Source: a virus
Virus record (IMG/VR): IMGVR_UViG_3300047548_000777
Span: 13,592-77,591 of that record
DNA length: 64,000 nt
Strand: one strand, 5' to 3'
Part shown: piece by piece, positions 8,107-17,500 of the stretch
Layout: each line of letters opens with the position of its first letter
Numbering within the stretch: position 1 is the stretch's first letter
Program-made: the position numbers and the translations under genes
The notes under the pieces: generated by a model
Seen by the model: only the letters and a program-made list of their open reading frames with translations
The model's database searches: none
Told to the model about the DNA's origin: nothing

Positions 8107-10260
8107 TTATGTGTTTTGAATAGTTCTAACACCGTATAAGTGTGCGCTGTTTCCATCATGGAGTGTCATAAGATGTCCTAGTGCATTAAGTTTCGCAATT
8201 CCAGGACTTGTTGCAGATAAGCGGTGTACCGAACTTCCGTCTGATCGTCTATAGAGTTCCCACGGTCCCGGACCTTCTGGAGCTAATGGGTCCGATAAGT
8301 TTTGAGATCCGGTTGGCTGCGCTAATTGTTGTTCGATATCTGATAAGTCGTCGCTTTCAATAGTTCTGACACCGTAATGTGCTAAGAGTTGGCCCCTGAT
8401 CCCTAATTCTGCCATATGGCGAATTGCCTCTTGGTGCGCCAACGTCCGAGTTCTACCTCTTAGGTCTTCGATGCTTCTTCCGTTGTTCCTTCTATAAATT
8501 TCCCACGGACCAGGCCCGTGTGGCATTAAAACTAGTACCGGATCTACGGTGTTGTCTTTAGGCACCGCGGTAGCGTCTTTAAGTAATACAATTTTCCATT
8601 TTTTAATTATTGGGTCGTCGGGTGAGACTCCCCATTCTTCTGCAGCAGCCAGTAACGCATGGCGTTCATCGGGCGCGGCGACTTGAATCTGATCAGTTGA
8701 ACTTCTACCAACCATCCAGGTAAACATTCCACCTTGTCTCGATGCTTTTCTCAATTTTAACCGCTGCTTAAGCTCTTGTTGTGCATTCCTTGGTTGTGGT
8801 AGAACGCTGTGTTTAGCAAATAACTTAACAACATCTTCACCTAGCTTAGGACTTAGTAGGGCATATAGCTTTTTAAGGTATTCAGCTTTATTTTTTTCTG
8901 GATCCATGGCAGCATCAAATGCAACTATGAATTTCATTAGTGTAGGTTTAAGTAAATCAAATTTTTCATTTAGCCAGTCATTACCGGGACTTCGAAACTC
9001 TATCCACTCTTTTCCAGAAGTTTCACTTTTCTTAGTATTGATACTTGTATATTTCTCCGTTTTTCCAGAATGTATAGAGTGGCTAGCCAGTAAATTTAGT
9101 CCCTTGTGTAAATATTCAAATGCATATGATGCGGACCTAGGTTCGTCCTTTATTGCTGTTCGAATTCGTCTCATAGCTGGGACCGTATAAATATTTAGAA
9201 GTCGTTCGAAATCTGTTAATATTTTCTCGTCACCAAGTAATAACGCTATTTTTACATAATCTAAATTATCAACACTATACCCTGGAATACTAATATTCAT
9301 GTGTAACCCGGTAGAGTCGTTAGTATAGATTCCCTTTTTATCGGCCCATTTTTTAATTGTATCAAGATCTTTTAATATTTCATCTAAGGGCATTGCGGGA
9401 CTAACAAATTCTAATCCCATGGCATCACGTCTGCGTGGCTCTAAACTGCCATCTGGTTCTATGCAATAGTGGTTACCACGCGGGCATGACTTGTATCGAG
9501 GCCCCCAGTTCACTGTTCTTCCGATAACTTTCTGAAAGTCTGCAGCAGTAGCTTTGATAAAAGCGTTAGGATCCTTTGATACATCATCGGCAAGTGGCCA
9601 GGCCAGGTCATAATCATTAGTGATGTTTCTTAAAAAGCGTTCAAGATTTTGATTCCGATAAATCCATTCATATTCAGTCAGTTCTTCGAACTCGTCTGAT
9701 CGATCTTCTAGGAATTGTTCTCTTGCTTGCCGATATGCTGTACTGTTTTTGTCATGCCAAAGATCGAATACCTCTTCGTCTAACAACTCTTCGACTAATA
9801 TGGAAATTAAATCATAGTACTCGGGATCATCAGTCGGAACATCTCTTAAATAGGCTTCTTCTCTGGCTTTTTCCATAGCATCTTCTTCGTCGAACCACTC
9901 TGATCTGTAGAAATTTTTGAAGTATTGACGTCCACCTTCTCGACGCCAGATGCGTTCGGTCTGTTCTTCACGCCATTTTTCAAAATCAGTCTCTAGACCG
10001 CGACCAAGCCACTCCAATTCGTTTAGACCGTTTGATTGCCCAATGGAGAAAAACTCCACCACATCAGCAATCGTAGTAATGTTATCTGGGATTTCTGTAG
10101 GCCTATCATCAACCTCCTCAGCCGTTCCTGTTGGAACCAACATTTCAAACTCCATGCCCACTAGTACTCCTGGCAACGATTCTGCCATTTTATAAAGTTT
10201 CCTAGTCATGTTAATTTCATTTAACACGGATTCTATAATTTTAAAATCTTTAAATCTCAT
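8107..10260 (-). CDS. Putative amidoligase (Amidoligase_2 / COOH-NH2 ligase family)
   Basis: Ordered motifs GMEFEM, EPDGSL, LEFVSP, STGLHMNIS, KYTSIN and IEFRSPG. Long acidic insertion. Two C-terminal GPGPWE(I/L)YRR repeats. Confidence 0.8.
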   Translation of the reverse strand: MRFKDFKIIESVLNEINMTRKLYKMAESLPGVLVGMEFEMLVPTGTAEEVDDRPTEIPDNITTIADVVEFFSIGQSNGLNELEWLGRGLETDFEKWREEQTERIWRREGGRQYFKNFYRSEWFDEEDAMEKAREEAYLRDVPTDDPEYYDLISILVEELLDEEVFDLWHDKNSTAYRQAREQFLEDRSDEFEELTEYEWIYRNQNLERFLRNITNDYDLAWPLADDVSKDPNAFIKATAADFQKVIGRTVNWGPRYKSCPRGNHYCIEPDGSLEPRRRDAMGLEFVSPAMPLDEILKDLDTIKKWADKKGIYTNDSTGLHMNISIPGYSVDNLDYVKIALLLGDEKILTDFERLLNIYTVPAMRRIRTAIKDEPRSASYAFEYLHKGLNLLASHSIHSGKTEKYTSINTKKSETSGKEWIEFRSPGNDWLNEKFDLLKPTLMKFIVAFDAAMDPEKNKAEYLKKLYALLSPKLGEDVVKLFAKHSVLPQPRNAQQELKQRLKLRKASRQGGMFTWMVGRSSTDQIQVAAPDERHALLAAAEEWGVSPDDPIIKKWKIVLLKDATAVPKDNTVDPVLVLMPHGPGPWEIYRRNNGRSIEDLRGRTRTLAHQEAIRHMAELGIRGQLLAHYGVRTIESDDLSDIEQQLAQPTGSQNLSDPLAPEGPGPWELYRRSDGSSVHRLSATSPGIAKLNALGHLMTLHDGNSAHLYGVRTIQNT

Positions 10261-10265
10261 TCAAA

Positions 10266-11030
10266 TTATCCGATAATGAAGGTATACCCAGTTCCGCCGG
10301 CTACTAATGTTTCTAACTCTTTTTCTAGTTTTTCTATTTCTGCTGTGGCTTCCGATTTTAATGCCGCCCCATTTAAAGAGGTACCGCCTTGCGGACCTGC
10401 AATTTGAGCAAACTTTTCACGAGCCTGAGCTAGTATTAGCTTGCAGTTCGATAAGGTGTAATCATATAACCACTGCTGTGCGTATATGTCACTAAGTAAT
10501 ACATAGTCTGGTTTATAGTTATAACAGCGAAGCATTATATTTTCGCCTTCTACAAACGGTCGTTGTAAAATTCTTAAGGTATGACTATGAGGGATCCATT
10601 GAAACTCAATATAACTACCAAAAAATCTACCCACCATTTCTTGATATTGAGCAAATAGTTCATAAGTAGCTAGTCCACCTAACATTGTACTGTTAAGTAA
10701 GTACGTGTTTGTATATGCAAGGTTAAATGGTTCAAAATTTGTACCAGTTCCGCCACCAGTTCTGGATCCAAGTGTACGTCTAAACACACTTCTAACTTCA
10801 ATTATCTCGTCAGGTAATCTATAGTCGTTGGTGTCTTTGCCCAATTCTAAAAACATATAACTTTCTTCTACCGAGTTTGGGCTTCTCTGGCGGAATTTAG
10901 TTAATGCCTTTCTTAGAGCAACTTCGTAATGAGCAGGATCTAGCTCAACGTCTATCATACCGTCACCTAGCATTAGGCGAACGTAATCGAATACTTTTTG
11001 TCTTTCGGCTTGCGGATTTATATCTGGCAT
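10266..11030 (-). CDS. gp13: Neck protein (T4 gp13-like head-tail adaptor)
   Basis: LG...IDVELD N-terminus and REKF..I.GPQGG..LNG..L..EA..EIEKLE C-terminus. Divergent from the gp14-like gene. Confidence 0.85.
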   Translation of the reverse strand: MPDINPQAERQKVFDYVRLMLGDGMIDVELDPAHYEVALRKALTKFRQRSPNSVEESYMFLELGKDTNDYRLPDEIIEVRSVFRRTLGSRTGGGTGTNFEPFNLAYTNTYLLNSTMLGGLATYELFAQYQEMVGRFFGSYIEFQWIPHSHTLRILQRPFVEGENIMLRCYNYKPDYVLLSDIYAQQWLYDYTLSNCKLILAQAREKFAQIAGPQGGTSLNGAALKSEATAEIEKLEKELETLVAGGTGYTFIIG

Positions 11031-11045
11031 TTGAATCTCCTGATG

Positions 11046-11063
11046 TATTTATCCTGATAAATA
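11046..11063. promoter_or_regulatory. Back-to-back T4-type late promoters for the gp13-like and gp14-like genes
   Basis: Palindrome TATTTATC-CT-GATAAATA gives ATAAATA on both strands. Confidence 0.7.
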
Positions 11064-11101
11064 TTGTATCGTGTTCAATAGTACCGCAAGGGAGAATTAA
11101 A

Positions 11102-12475
11102 ATTCCAAGATTAAGCCTTTACAGACCCGAAAAGGGTAATGACTACAAGTTTATAGATCGAACCATATCGGAAATGTTTGGTGTCGGGGGTACAGAATTG
11201 TACATCCATAAATACCTAGGACCTAAAAATCCTGAAGAAGGCACTGCGGCTCAACCTATATACGACACAATTAAAGAAACTAATATTCAAGATTTGCTAT
11301 TTTTAGAAAATAGAGATCGAGTATACGATAGTAGCATTTATAAAATTCGAGGTGTCTACAACGTACAAGATATCGATTTTAACCTAAGCCAATTTGGTCT
11401 ATTTGTTGACAACGATACTGTTTATATGACAGTGCATATAAATGACTACATTAGAACTATTGGCAGAAAACCATTAAGTGGTGACGTTGTTGAGGTACCA
11501 CATTTAAAAGATGAGTTTGCACTCAATGATTTTGATGTGAGCCTGCCAAGGTATTTTGTTATTAGTGATATCGGTAGAGCAGCTGAAGGATTTAGTCCTA
11601 CTTGGTATCCGCATTTATATAGATTAAAATTGACTAAAATAATGAATAGTCAACAGTACAAAGATATTTTTAATCAGCCAATAGTTGATCCTGTAACGGG
11701 AGAAGAAACTGATCGAACACTTGCAGATATATTAAGTACACAAAATAAATCATTAGAAATTAATGATATCATGCTTGCACAAGCAGAAGCAGATGCCCCA
11801 TACAGCGGATATGAAACTCGGCATTTCTATACATTATCTCTGGATGATCAGGGTAATGCATCATTAGAAACTGCGGACACCATTGATGTGGATGCCAGTA
11901 GCGATTATGGAAGTCCATCTACCTACTCTAACCCTAAAAGACCTGGGTACACCGGATATTTATTGGGAGATGGTCTTCCAGAAAACGGAGCAGCATTTGG
12001 TCACGGACTCACTTTCCCTAACGGCCCAATTGAAGGGGACTACTTCTTACGAACTGACTTTTTACCAAACCGGTTATTTCGTTATGATGGATTCAGATGG
12101 ATTAGACGAGAAGATGCCGTAAGAACCACTATGACGCCTAGTGCTGGTAGGAATAATCAAAAGGGCACGTTTATTAATAATACTAATAGGGTAGGTATTG
12201 ATTTATTAGAATCGAATATTGTAAAATTAACCGGACTTACTATAGAGACGAATGTTAATTATACTTCAGACATATATGCCACTGTTGCGTTAGAGGATAG
12301 TGAAATCATAGTTCCACTAGCGGTAACAAATAATAATGGAAAAGTAGCAATTCAGTTGCCAGCTAATTTCCAATCTGGGCTAGTAGTTGACTACAAAGTT
12401 TACAGGTCAAGCACAGAAGAAAAACAATCATTAAGTAAGGCACTGCGTCCTAGAAAACCTTTAGCGGATTTATAA
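11102..12475 (+). CDS. gp14: Neck protein (T4 gp14-like), probable ATT start
   Basis: IQDLLFLENRDR, LSQFGLF and P..GDV.E.PHL motifs. The ORF-track start at 10904 overlaps gp13 on the opposite strand. GGAG-7 nt-ATT CCA AGA at 11102. Confidence 0.75.
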   Translation: MPRLSLYRPEKGNDYKFIDRTISEMFGVGGTELYIHKYLGPKNPEEGTAAQPIYDTIKETNIQDLLFLENRDRVYDSSIYKIRGVYNVQDIDFNLSQFGLFVDNDTVYMTVHINDYIRTIGRKPLSGDVVEVPHLKDEFALNDFDVSLPRYFVISDIGRAAEGFSPTWYPHLYRLKLTKIMNSQQYKDIFNQPIVDPVTGEETDRTLADILSTQNKSLEINDIMLAQAEADAPYSGYETRHFYTLSLDDQGNASLETADTIDVDASSDYGSPSTYSNPKRPGYTGYLLGDGLPENGAAFGHGLTFPNGPIEGDYFLRTDFLPNRLFRYDGFRWIRREDAVRTTMTPSAGRNNQKGTFINNTNRVGIDLLESNIVKLTGLTIETNVNYTSDIYATVALEDSEIIVPLAVTNNNGKVAIQLPANFQSGLVVDYKVYRSSTEEKQSLSKALRPRKPLADL

Positions 12476-14088
12476 TGTCAACAACAACATTTTTTTATGA
12501 TGGTCAAATTAGAAGATACCTTTTGCAAATAGTTAGACTACTAAGCAACTTTGCAGTAAAATATACTGATGGGACCTTGGTTCGAATTCCTGTAATATAT
12601 GGAGATGCTGACAGGCAAGTAGCGCATATTATAAATCAAAACAGTGAAAATACCGTACAAAGTGCACCAAAGATCGCAATTTATATGGCAGATCTAGAGC
12701 TAGATACTAGCAGGCTTGCTGATAGTAGCCATGTAGGTAAAGTGCATGTTAGAGAACGGGCATACAATGAGCAGACACAAAGCTACGAAAATTATCAAGG
12801 AAACAGTTATACAGTCGAACGGTTAATGCCGACACCATATAAGCTCACAGTCAAAGTAGATATTTGGTCTACCAGTATAGATCAAAAATTACAAATACTA
12901 GAGCAAATACTAATGTTGTTTAATCCTAGTTTAGAAATTCAAACTAGCGATAACTATATTGATTGGACTAGTCTAAGTGTAGTGGATTTGACCTCTGTTG
13001 TGTTAAGTTCAAGAAGTGTACCCGTCGGTACTGCCGCAGAGATTGATATTGCTACGTTAACCTTGGCAACTCCCATATGGATTAGTCCTCCTGCCAAAGT
13101 AAAACGGCTAGGTGTTATTACTAATATTATATCGAATATCTTTACCGATAAAACTGATCAATATGGTGATTATATTGAAGGGTTAGGTGTAGACTCTTCG
13201 GCAACATATGCCTCTCCAGCAGGATCACCTGTGGCATCGTTCAGTTCTGCAACAGCAAACTATGACATCGAAGTCACTGGAAATTCAGCAAAATTATTAG
13301 GATTTGAGAATCAATATCCTAGATGGAATAATATCGTTAATAAATTCTCTGGAGTTTATACAGCAGGTTTAAGCAGAATTTATTTAAAAATACCTAGCGG
13401 AAACAATGTAGTTGGCACGTTTAGCTTAAATCCGCTAGACGATTCATTGCTAACTATTAACTGGGACGTTGATACTTACCCCACCAATACCTCAGTATAT
13501 AGTATAAACAGATCATCTACCACAACATTTGATGCCATCATTGATCCTACACGAACTGGTCCGAGGGATTCTAATCTACCTAAATTAAAACAAGGATCTA
13601 GGTACTTAATTGTTGATAAAATAGGAAATAGCATTAAGGAAACGTTTGTATCCGAAACAAAGATACAGAGAATTAATACCAACACCCTGTATAAAGATGT
13701 AGTTGATCATAAAATTTTAGTCAACGGAATTGAGGTAGGCTCCGGAAATGCACGAATACCAGATGATCTTAATACGGGGAATTACTATATTTTATTGGAT
13801 GAATTTGCACCTGCTGGCGCAGAAATTACGTATGAACTTTATACCAATGTTGACGGGCCAGAATCTTGGAAGAATAATGACGGTAGCGATTTTACAGCCA
13901 ACGAAAATGATATAATAGAGTGGGATGGTGATAAATGGAATATTGTTTTCAACTCTTTAAAGGCACAGGATCAAATAGTTTATCTATCAAACATTTTTAC
14001 CAATACACAGTATATGTGGAATGGGGTACATTGGAGTAAGAGTTTTGAAGGTATTTATAGAGCCGGAGAATGGCGCCTTGAACTTTAA
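12475..14088 (+). CDS. gp15: Tail terminator / sheath stabiliser (T4 gp15-like) with C-terminal extension
   Basis: FFYDGQIRRY, IPVIYG, P.PY.L...VDIW and QILEQIL.LFNP motifs. Follows the gp14-like gene. Confidence 0.85.
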   Translation: MSTTTFFYDGQIRRYLLQIVRLLSNFAVKYTDGTLVRIPVIYGDADRQVAHIINQNSENTVQSAPKIAIYMADLELDTSRLADSSHVGKVHVRERAYNEQTQSYENYQGNSYTVERLMPTPYKLTVKVDIWSTSIDQKLQILEQILMLFNPSLEIQTSDNYIDWTSLSVVDLTSVVLSSRSVPVGTAAEIDIATLTLATPIWISPPAKVKRLGVITNIISNIFTDKTDQYGDYIEGLGVDSSATYASPAGSPVASFSSATANYDIEVTGNSAKLLGFENQYPRWNNIVNKFSGVYTAGLSRIYLKIPSGNNVVGTFSLNPLDDSLLTINWDVDTYPTNTSVYSINRSSTTTFDAIIDPTRTGPRDSNLPKLKQGSRYLIVDKIGNSIKETFVSETKIQRINTNTLYKDVVDHKILVNGIEVGSGNARIPDDLNTGNYYILLDEFAPAGAEITYELYTNVDGPESWKNNDGSDFTANENDIIEWDGDKWNIVFNSLKAQDQIVYLSNIFTNTQYMWNGVHWSKSFEGIYRAGEWRLEL

Positions 14089-14527
14089 AAATAAAATTGT
14101 CTGCAGTGGGGCATTATTTTATGCTAAGTCTACTAAACGAATCTTGCTGCTACAAAAGGCAAGGGGAAAGCACACTGGTACCTGGGGGTTAGTAGGTGGA
14201 ACAACTGAAACACAAGAAACTCCTTGGCAAGGACTAACCAGAGAAATCAATGAAGAAATTGGATTGTTTCCAAAGATAATAAAAACAATTCCACTAGAAA
14301 CATTTGTTAGCAACGATTCTATTTTTAACTATCACACTTACTTGTGCGTAGTAGAAGAAGAATTTATTCCTAAATTAAGTTCAGAACATTCAGGCTATGC
14401 CTGGTGTGTTATAGATTACTCTCCTAAACCTTTACATCAAGGATTAAAAAACAGCTTTGGGAATAAAATTATTCGCACAAAGCTGCAGACTATATTTGAG
14501 ATAATTAATCTTATTGAAATAAAATAA
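14078..14527 (+). CDS. NUDIX hydrolase
   Basis: Nudix box WGLVGG..E..E.....L.REINEEIG and LSSEHSGYAW. Probable TTG start at 14078 after GGAG (14065-68); the ORF track starts at 14021. Confidence 0.85.
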   Translation: MNFKNKIVCSGALFYAKSTKRILLLQKARGKHTGTWGLVGGTTETQETPWQGLTREINEEIGLFPKIIKTIPLETFVSNDSIFNYHTYLCVVEEEFIPKLSSEHSGYAWCVIDYSPKPLHQGLKNSFGNKIIRTKLQTIFEIINLIEIK

Positions 14528-14545
14528 CGGGGCAATGCCCCGTTA
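14527..14545. terminator. Hairpin terminator between convergent genes
   Basis: AACGGGGCA-A-TGCCCCGTT inverted repeat between the NUDIX stop and the fibre stop. Confidence 0.7.
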
Positions 14546-14551
14546 TTCTTA

Positions 14552-17500
14552 TTAACCTGATGTTTCGTTAGTTGCCGTGTTAACATTAGTTGATGGGAAG
14601 CTTCTACCAACACCCCATACAATTCTCACTGCGCCGTTTGCACCGTCACCGCCTTGGGCGGTCGCGATTCGGGTGCTTCCGCCGGCGCCGTAAGCACCCC
14701 CATCGGGTTCAATATAATACACTTGAGCGTTACCCGTTGTAGTACGGCTGCCTGGGCCGCTGCCAGCTACCGTAGAACCATACAGAGAGGATCCAGTTCC
14801 TGTTGTGCCAGCAGCTGCACCAGTGTAGCTTCCGGCATTGCCACCACTTCCGAATGTAGTGCCGGTACTTATACGTACTCCATTAGCACCATTTCCGCCG
14901 CCGTCTCCTACGTAACCACCGCCAGTGCCGGCACTCCCTGAAGGTTGACTAACAGAGCCGACTGTGTTGTATGGAGGGGGGTTGTTCGAATTTGGAGGCG
15001 TGTAGCTAGCAATAGTACCCGAGGTTGCGCCGCCAGCACCTTTACCTGCTACGGTGGTTAGGCTACCGAAATAACTATCTCCGGCTTTTGCACTCGAAAA
15101 ACTTCCGGCGGTAAGTGGGTACGGCGCAGCACTTCCTGCCCCTACTACAACAGTATAGTTAGTTCCGTATGTTGGTACAATCTTCTTGTACCCAGTTCCT
15201 CCTCCGCCACCTGAGTATGCCGCGTCGGCGATGCCGTTTGCTCCAATGGCTCCGGATCCTCCGCCGATGCATACGACGTGTATATTTGGAATGTACGGGT
15301 CCGGTAGAGTCCAGGTACGTGTTCCGGGAGTAGTAAATACAATACTTCCCCAGGTAGTAACAGACACAGTTCTGGATGCAGTTCCTATGTTTCCGGCTTG
15401 GTCTGCAGAGGTAGTGGCTGTTATAGTTCGTGATGCACCTTCCCCTATTGCGATCAACACTGCCTCTGTAACGAGACAACTCCAATTAGTGCCGATGATG
15501 CTAATCGGTATTGCGCCATTAGGCCCTGATAGCGATACGGTGTATCCGCTTTCTATAGTTCCTGATATATATGTAGGTGTCGCAAGACTTGCGTAAGTTA
15601 ATGCAGGAACTGCATTTATAGTTACAATAGGTGCTGTCTTATCTACGGTGATCGCTGGAGCGAATGTTATATCTGATGAATACCCCTGTGCATTGGTTTG
15701 CCTAACTTGTACAACATTCACTGCATAGGATCCTTCTCCGAGAGTAAAGCTGGTTACGTTATATGCCATAGTTGTCCAACTACCACCGCCGTTGATACTA
15801 TACTGCCAAGATCCAGTTGAACCCACAGTTATACCGGAAACATTTATTGTTCCATTGCTTGTATAGTAATCAGATGCTGAACTACCGGTATCGGATGCGA
15901 GTGCCAATGTTAACTTAGGTGGGACCGTAGTTACAGTTATAGTTCTAGAAGTACTTGAAGCATTTCCTGCGGTATCTGTTGCTGTAGCAGTAATAATTCT
16001 ACCAGTTCCAGCACCCATTGCGGTGAAGTCAGCAGATGTAATTAGATAACTCCAAGTTGTTCCGCTGACTGTGGCAGTTCTTACTGTTCCGTTGAGAGAT
16101 ACAGATACTGTACTGCCGCTTGTTACCGTTCCGGTAATTGAAGTAACTCCTGCGTCTTGAGAACTTATGATAATATCATCTCCAGAAATGATATTCATAG
16201 TTATTGTAGGAGCAGTGGTATCTACAGTAATGGTCGAAGGATATGTGGTTACAGCAGATGGATAATTTTGTGCGTTAAATTGTCTAACGTTTACGCTGTC
16301 ATAGGTTCCCTCGGAGAGGACGAAACTAGTTGTAGTAGGGGCCTGATTTGCACTCCAGCTGGAACCCCCGTTGGTACTGTATTGCCAATACCCGCCAGTA
16401 ACTTGTCCAGAAACTGTCATAGTTCCATTACTCGTAATTCGATCCGATGCCGAACTACCTGTATCAGATGCTAAAGTTAAAGTTAACGCAGCCGGGACTG
16501 AAGTATACGTTACTGTCTGAGTTGCAGTTGCAGTGTTTCCTGCCTTGTCTGTAGCCGTGGCAGTTATAACTTTACTAGTCCCAATACCAAGCGCTGTTAA
16601 ATCAGCTGATACAATAGTGTAAGACCAAGAAGTGCCTGTTATTGAAGCTGTTTTTGTTGTAGTACCAAATGTCAACTTAACAGTATCAATGTAATCGTCA
16701 TTCACTGTTCCGGTAATTGAAGTTACCCCTGCATCCTCAGAGCTTATTAGTATGTTATCACCGGAAACTATATTCATAGTTACAGTGGGTGATGTCTTAT
16801 CTACTACAACTGCTGATGCGTATGTAGTTATAGCAGACGGATAGTTTTGTGCGTTAAACTGTTGAACTTTTATGTTATTGGCTGAATAACTTCCTTCGTC
16901 GAGAGTAAAAAATGTTGTAGTAGACGCTTGATCAGCGCTCCAATTAGCTCCTGCATCAATGCTATATCTCCAAATTCCACCAGTAACCACACCAGATACG
17001 TTCATTCTTCCATTATTTGTAATTCTATCACTTGTAGAAATACCGGTATCGGATGCCAATGCAAGCGTTAATGTAGCCGGGACGGTAGTATTAGTCACAT
17101 ACCTAGTCACAGTTCCTATGTTTCCTGCAGTATCTGCAGATGTAGTAGCAGTTATAGGTATGTTTACCCCGGTTCCTAAAACTGTACTACCTATATCAGT
17201 TGAAGTAAGAGCATAGCTCCACGTTGTTCCACTGACTGTAGCAGTTCTTGTTGTTGTTTTGAGGGTCAACGTTACAGTCCTTCCGCTTTCCACAGTTCCA
17301 GTTATTGTTGTTGTGCCGGTTATAATATCGTCTCCACTTATAACATCCATGGTCACGCTCGGTGCAGTGGTATCTACAGTAACTGCTGATGCATATTTTA
17401 TCGGAGTTGATGGGTAGTTTCCATCTGCACTAAACTGCCTTGCTTGAATTTGATTGGCTGCATATGTTCCTTCTCCAAGTACAAAACTACTTGTACCCGC

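Noticed and set aside
10904-11101. ORF-track N-terminal extension of the gp14-like gene
   Set aside because: It overlaps gp13 antisense and lies upstream of the late promoter and SD.
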